Part shown: piece after piece, positions 59,989-64,000 of the stretch
Layout: each line of letters begins with the position of its first letter
Position numbering within the stretch: the first letter of the stretch is position 1
Origin: Felis catus
Taxonomy: Eukaryota
Direction of reading: 5' to 3'
Assembly (NCBI RefSeq): GCF_018350175.1
Contig: NC_058371.1
Span: forward strand, 1,302,001-1,366,000
DNA length: 64,000 nucleotides
The notes under the pieces: generated by a model
The model's database searches: none
The model's input: only the letters and a program-made list of their open reading frames with translations
What the model was told of the DNA's origin: nothing
Made by a program: the position numbers and the translations under genes

Positions 59989-62900
59989 TCACTACTTCCT
60001 GTTGGGTCTGAGTGTCCCAGGTGAACAGTCAGTGCCAGGAAGGCAGCTGGCAGGTCTGTCTGGTTCACGGCCCCCCCTGGGTGCCAGCTCGAAGGCTCCC
60101 TTAGAGACCAGAGGCCTTCAGGTCTGTTACTGGTCCCCGACTGTAAAACAGGAACAACGCTCTGTATTGACTGTAACTCTTCGGCTTTATTGTGAGGAGG
60201 CTGCTGTTGACCGAAGTAGTTTTTCCTAGCAGTTTTCCAGGGATGAAGCTTGCATTTCATTTGGAAACAACCTGATGGCTTTTGGAACAGGCCCTTCCCA
60301 AGAAAGCTGTAGACTCCGCAGTATTTTGCAAATAGGAAGCTTTCTCATCTCGTAGAAACACCATGTGCCAGCAGCCACTCCGCTACCCTGAAGGGTGTGT
60401 CTTTTTATCGGCGACAGTGTTGCAGGTTAGAGAGAAACATTTCCATATGCAGGCTTCCTCCCAGCTGCCGAGGGGCTGATGCTCATTTTGCCCTTTTCAA
60501 AGTGACTGAAGTTCTGTCAGTCTTTCTAAAGGAAAAGCGTCTGGCGGGTGGTACAGCAAAGTGTCTTCCGGGGTCATGTAACTGTTCGGGCTGACTTCAG
60601 TGTCTACTTTGTTGCTTGTAAATAAGGGTCTCTTGATTGGGATTGTTACGGTATAATCTTGGAAATGGCTGATTTAATGGTCAAAACTACTTTCAAAATT
60701 ATTGCCAGAAGCATCCCTGTTTTGCAGCAAAGTATGCTTTTTAATTAAAAAAAAAAATAGTGCCACCAAAGAAACATAAATCACATTGTTTCAAAATAAA
60801 AATGAGGCAGATCATGCGATGATCCAGAGTGCATATGGGCCTAAAAGTTGCCCAATATGGGTGTGTCTGAACGTGAACGTCAGGAATTTGTGGGTCAGGC
60901 TGGAGGAGTCTGGGTGCAGCGCAGGGTGTGTTGACAGGTGTCTACGCTCAGCCCCCACTTCCTTCTGCCCAGAGGCCTTGGATCCCCGCCAGCTCTATGT
61001 AAACTGTGGTCTTTGTTTCTGGAGCCCCGGGAACATGTAGAAATTCTCATGTCGGTGGAGTTGCAAGATTCTTAGGGGTGTCCTGTGTACAAGCAGGTTA
61101 AATATGTTCCATCAGTCACTTTCCTGCGTTCTTTTATGCCCCGTTTTATTCGTTTTGCTTATTTACTTTTTTTTTTTTTAATCTAAATCCAAAAGCTTGC
61201 CCTCGAGTTATAGTTCCAGCCCATAAAAATGGTCACGGGCCGGGAGCCCCGAGAATAGTTTCAGCGAGAAAACCAGAGCTTCGAGCTCCCGGTTCCGGTT
61301 CTGAAGTGGTACTCTGCGTCTCATGTGGGCTGCCTCTGCCACGAAGAGAGAAAACGGAACGAGAGATGTGGTCCCACCCGTGATTCCGTGTGCCCTGTCT
61401 CCTAGAAACATAGGTTTGGATCCTTAATTAGTAGCTGCGAGAACCATTCTGAATACTAATAGGCAAAGCCAATGGCAGCAACTCAAAGCCTCCGTTCTGA
61501 CAGGACAGATGGTCCCCTGCAAACAGAGCTTCGAGCAGCCTCGCTTTGCAGTAAACTGATATCTGATATTTACTAAAAATGGCATCTTCCGTACAGGTGC
61601 TCCACTCCGAGCTTACTTGCCCGTTTTGCCTTCGCTGCTAACATGAAGTTTAGCTGCGTTAGCGAGCAGCCGACTTCGCAGTCCCTCAGCACCCATGCCT
61701 CCGTCCTGAGGGCTCACTCTTCCTCCGTCTGTCCGGGGGACGGCGATACACGGCCGACCCCTGCAGCCTGGCCGGCCTCCCCGTCTGTCACTGCTTCCTG
61801 AGTCCCGTTCTCGAGCGCACGCGCGATTCTCTCGCTCAGGCAATGGCTCTAAACTCAGTGGCACAGCTGGGCAGTCCTGGACACTTGCTCTGTTCTCCGG
61901 TCTGAATAAGTCCTGGGCTCTCTTCCTAGAATGGCTTTGAAAGGTAGAGAATTTTTGAATTTTTAGTAACCTTGTCATTCAGGTTAGCTTACTGTCCTAA
62001 GTGACAGAGTGCTTTCCCAGAGTTTGGAAAATCTGTTCTGTGGCTTTAGGGGAGAGTCACTCCCATGTGTATTATACTTTACTTTCATTGTGTTGAGCCC
62101 GATGAGATAGCCGATATCCGCTGTTTCTAACCTTCTGCAGCAGCCGCGTCCCGTGGCTCAACCCAGAACGTTCCGACGAGGTCTGTCAGGTGGCAGTGCA
62201 GACAGCGGTTGGGCATCTGGGCACCGATGGAGCCCTTTCTGCAAAGTGGTGTGCCAGCCTGTGATTTCCCGTCAGTCTCTAAGCAAACTCAGACTCTCCC
62301 GCACAACGTACCCGGACGGGCCCGGATGCCGCGTGTCAGGGCTCAAGGTCACGGGTGTGTTTCATGGGAAGACAGGGTTTTCACTCAGCCCCACAGACAG
62401 GATGCTGGTGTGCAGGCTAGCAAGGGCACCTGGCTGGCTTCTTGAGCCCCAGGCACGAAGAGGGAGGAGAGAGGGGCGCTTGGAAGGGACTCCCAGGCAG
62501 AGGGGAGGGAGAGAGCCGTCTTCAGGTCTGCAATGCACCTGGGCCCTGTGACACGGGCCGGCCCCCTCCCAGCAGACTGTGCACCAGAGAGACCCCACTG
62601 CCTCAGGCACACGTGGGCCAGGTCACCGTGCTCTGCTAAGACTCCATGTTGTAAGTGTTGAGAGAGTGTCACTTGTCACCAGATCTCGTTCCTCTTTTGA
62701 AGGCATGATCTTCGTTATCCGTAATTAATATTGCAACCCAGGTATCCCTGAAAGATGTTCTGTTCTGAGAACACTTGTTTGTCATTGTCAGGAGAGCCTC
62801 ATTGGACTTGGGCTCATTTCTGCCTCCCATTAGCAATTAGCTGTTAATACCAAGCGTGTATTATTTGTAAAGTTGATTAATCGCATCTAGACAAGCCTAT

Positions 62901-63469
62901 CACCCTGACAGAATCTGCCTGTTTCAGTTAGTGCCTCTCTGTTGACATTTTAAATTCTTTTGTTTCCTTAATGGGGGGGGGGGCAGAAAGTGCCGAGAGA
63001 GGTTTAGTATCTCGACACTTGCTCGCGTTCGTGGCCTGAAGTCAGTAAGCACTGTCACCCCCCGGTTCTTTGCGGGTGGGGGGGGGTCTGATAGGGAACC
63101 AGACGGTGGGGGACTGGTGCGGGTCCCAGGCGACCAGGGGGTGGCAGGAGTGGTGCAGACCCTCCAGAACCTTCTAACCCCAACCTGAGGCGGTTCCCAC
63201 GGTCTGGGCGTCTTTCCCTGTCGTTGCTCCCTGGAAACCCGGTGCCATGCGTGAAAGAACAGAGTCCATCCATTTACAGTTACTTTCTATTTGAGGACAC
63301 TCACCCAAACACACCACACCTATCTCCCAGTAGCCAGGTGGCTTCTAACTGAATTCGTGTCTCGTAACTGATTGTTTGCATTAGCTGCGAAGAAACCACA
63401 CTTCTAGTTCTGATTTTTTAAACAGATATGAATGGGCTTTTTAATTTTTCAATTGAAACAAATATTGAC

Positions 63470-63570
63470 CTGCACCCTTGTGAGGGCTCTGTCTTATTTT
63501 ACATTCTCCTCACAGCAGCCCCTAAGGATTGAGATGATAGAGTTTCGCCGACAAGGCGAGCAGGGTCCCG
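63470..63570 (-). mobile_element. MIR fragment
   Basis: tcttattttacattctcctcacagcagcccctaagg resembles ctcatttaatcctcacaacaaccctatgagg. Confidence 0.45.
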
Positions 63571-64000
63571 AAATTTGGAGCACCCCTCCCCCCCGCCCCG
63601 CCCCGGCTCTGCACTGTACAAGAGGGGACTCAATGTTGGGTTCTTAATTTAGGGGAATGATGAGTCTTACTCCTTTCTCTAGAGTCTGTAGATAATTCCT
63701 CTCCCTCTTTTAACACGTTGGGTTAGGGCGGCCTTTTCCCAACTGTAAAGCGACGAAACCCTGGTGGGGTAGCGTCTCCTGGCGAATGTGAGGTGCAGTG
63801 AAGAGTAAGGCATCAGTTTTTTAAATCGGAGAATCCGCTTTCTGGCGGGGGCTGCAGCGAGCCCCCCTCCCCGGGAACTGGATAGCCAGTGTGTTTTCTC
63901 ATTCACTAGACTTTCCACACGAGTCTTCGAGCTCGCAGGGACACAGAAAACACGCTCTGTAGAACATAAAAGGCAAGGTAATATTTGGGAAAGAATCGAA

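Noticed and set aside
61274-61540. 13-bp direct repeat cagagcttcgagc about 250 bp apart
   Set aside because: Within chance expectation; no extended homology or TSD logic.

Overview
This is mammalian genomic DNA from a cat-family (Felidae) genome, not a microbial window. The evidence is 21 copies or fragments of the carnivore tRNA-derived Can-SINE with felid-type (SINEC_Fc-like) sequence, covering about 7% of the window. It also holds old eutherian repeats (L1M/HAL1, L2, L3/CR1, MIR, MLT1 LTRs, MER5A, MER20), two N gaps and several tandem repeats. I found no protein-coding exon, RNA gene, CRISPR array, endogenous retrovirus or numt that I can support. The ORF track is explained by GC-richness, SINE read-through and a minisatellite. 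The region looks intronic or intergenic, GC/CpG-rich, and the locus cannot be named from sequence alone. I found no convincing new biological system. The best leads are: (1) a ~74-bp element duplicated 2.9 kb apart at ~90% identity inside much more diverged flanks; (2) a 38-39-bp minisatellite with a 14-unit higher-order repeat; (3) a Can-SINE with an internally duplicated 3' part inside one target-site duplication; (4) an E-box/ETS/GATA/RUNX motif cluster; (5) a possible two-exon non-coding transcript. Repeat family names come from my recollection of consensus sequences and were matched by eye, so subfamilies and old-repeat boundaries are approximate.
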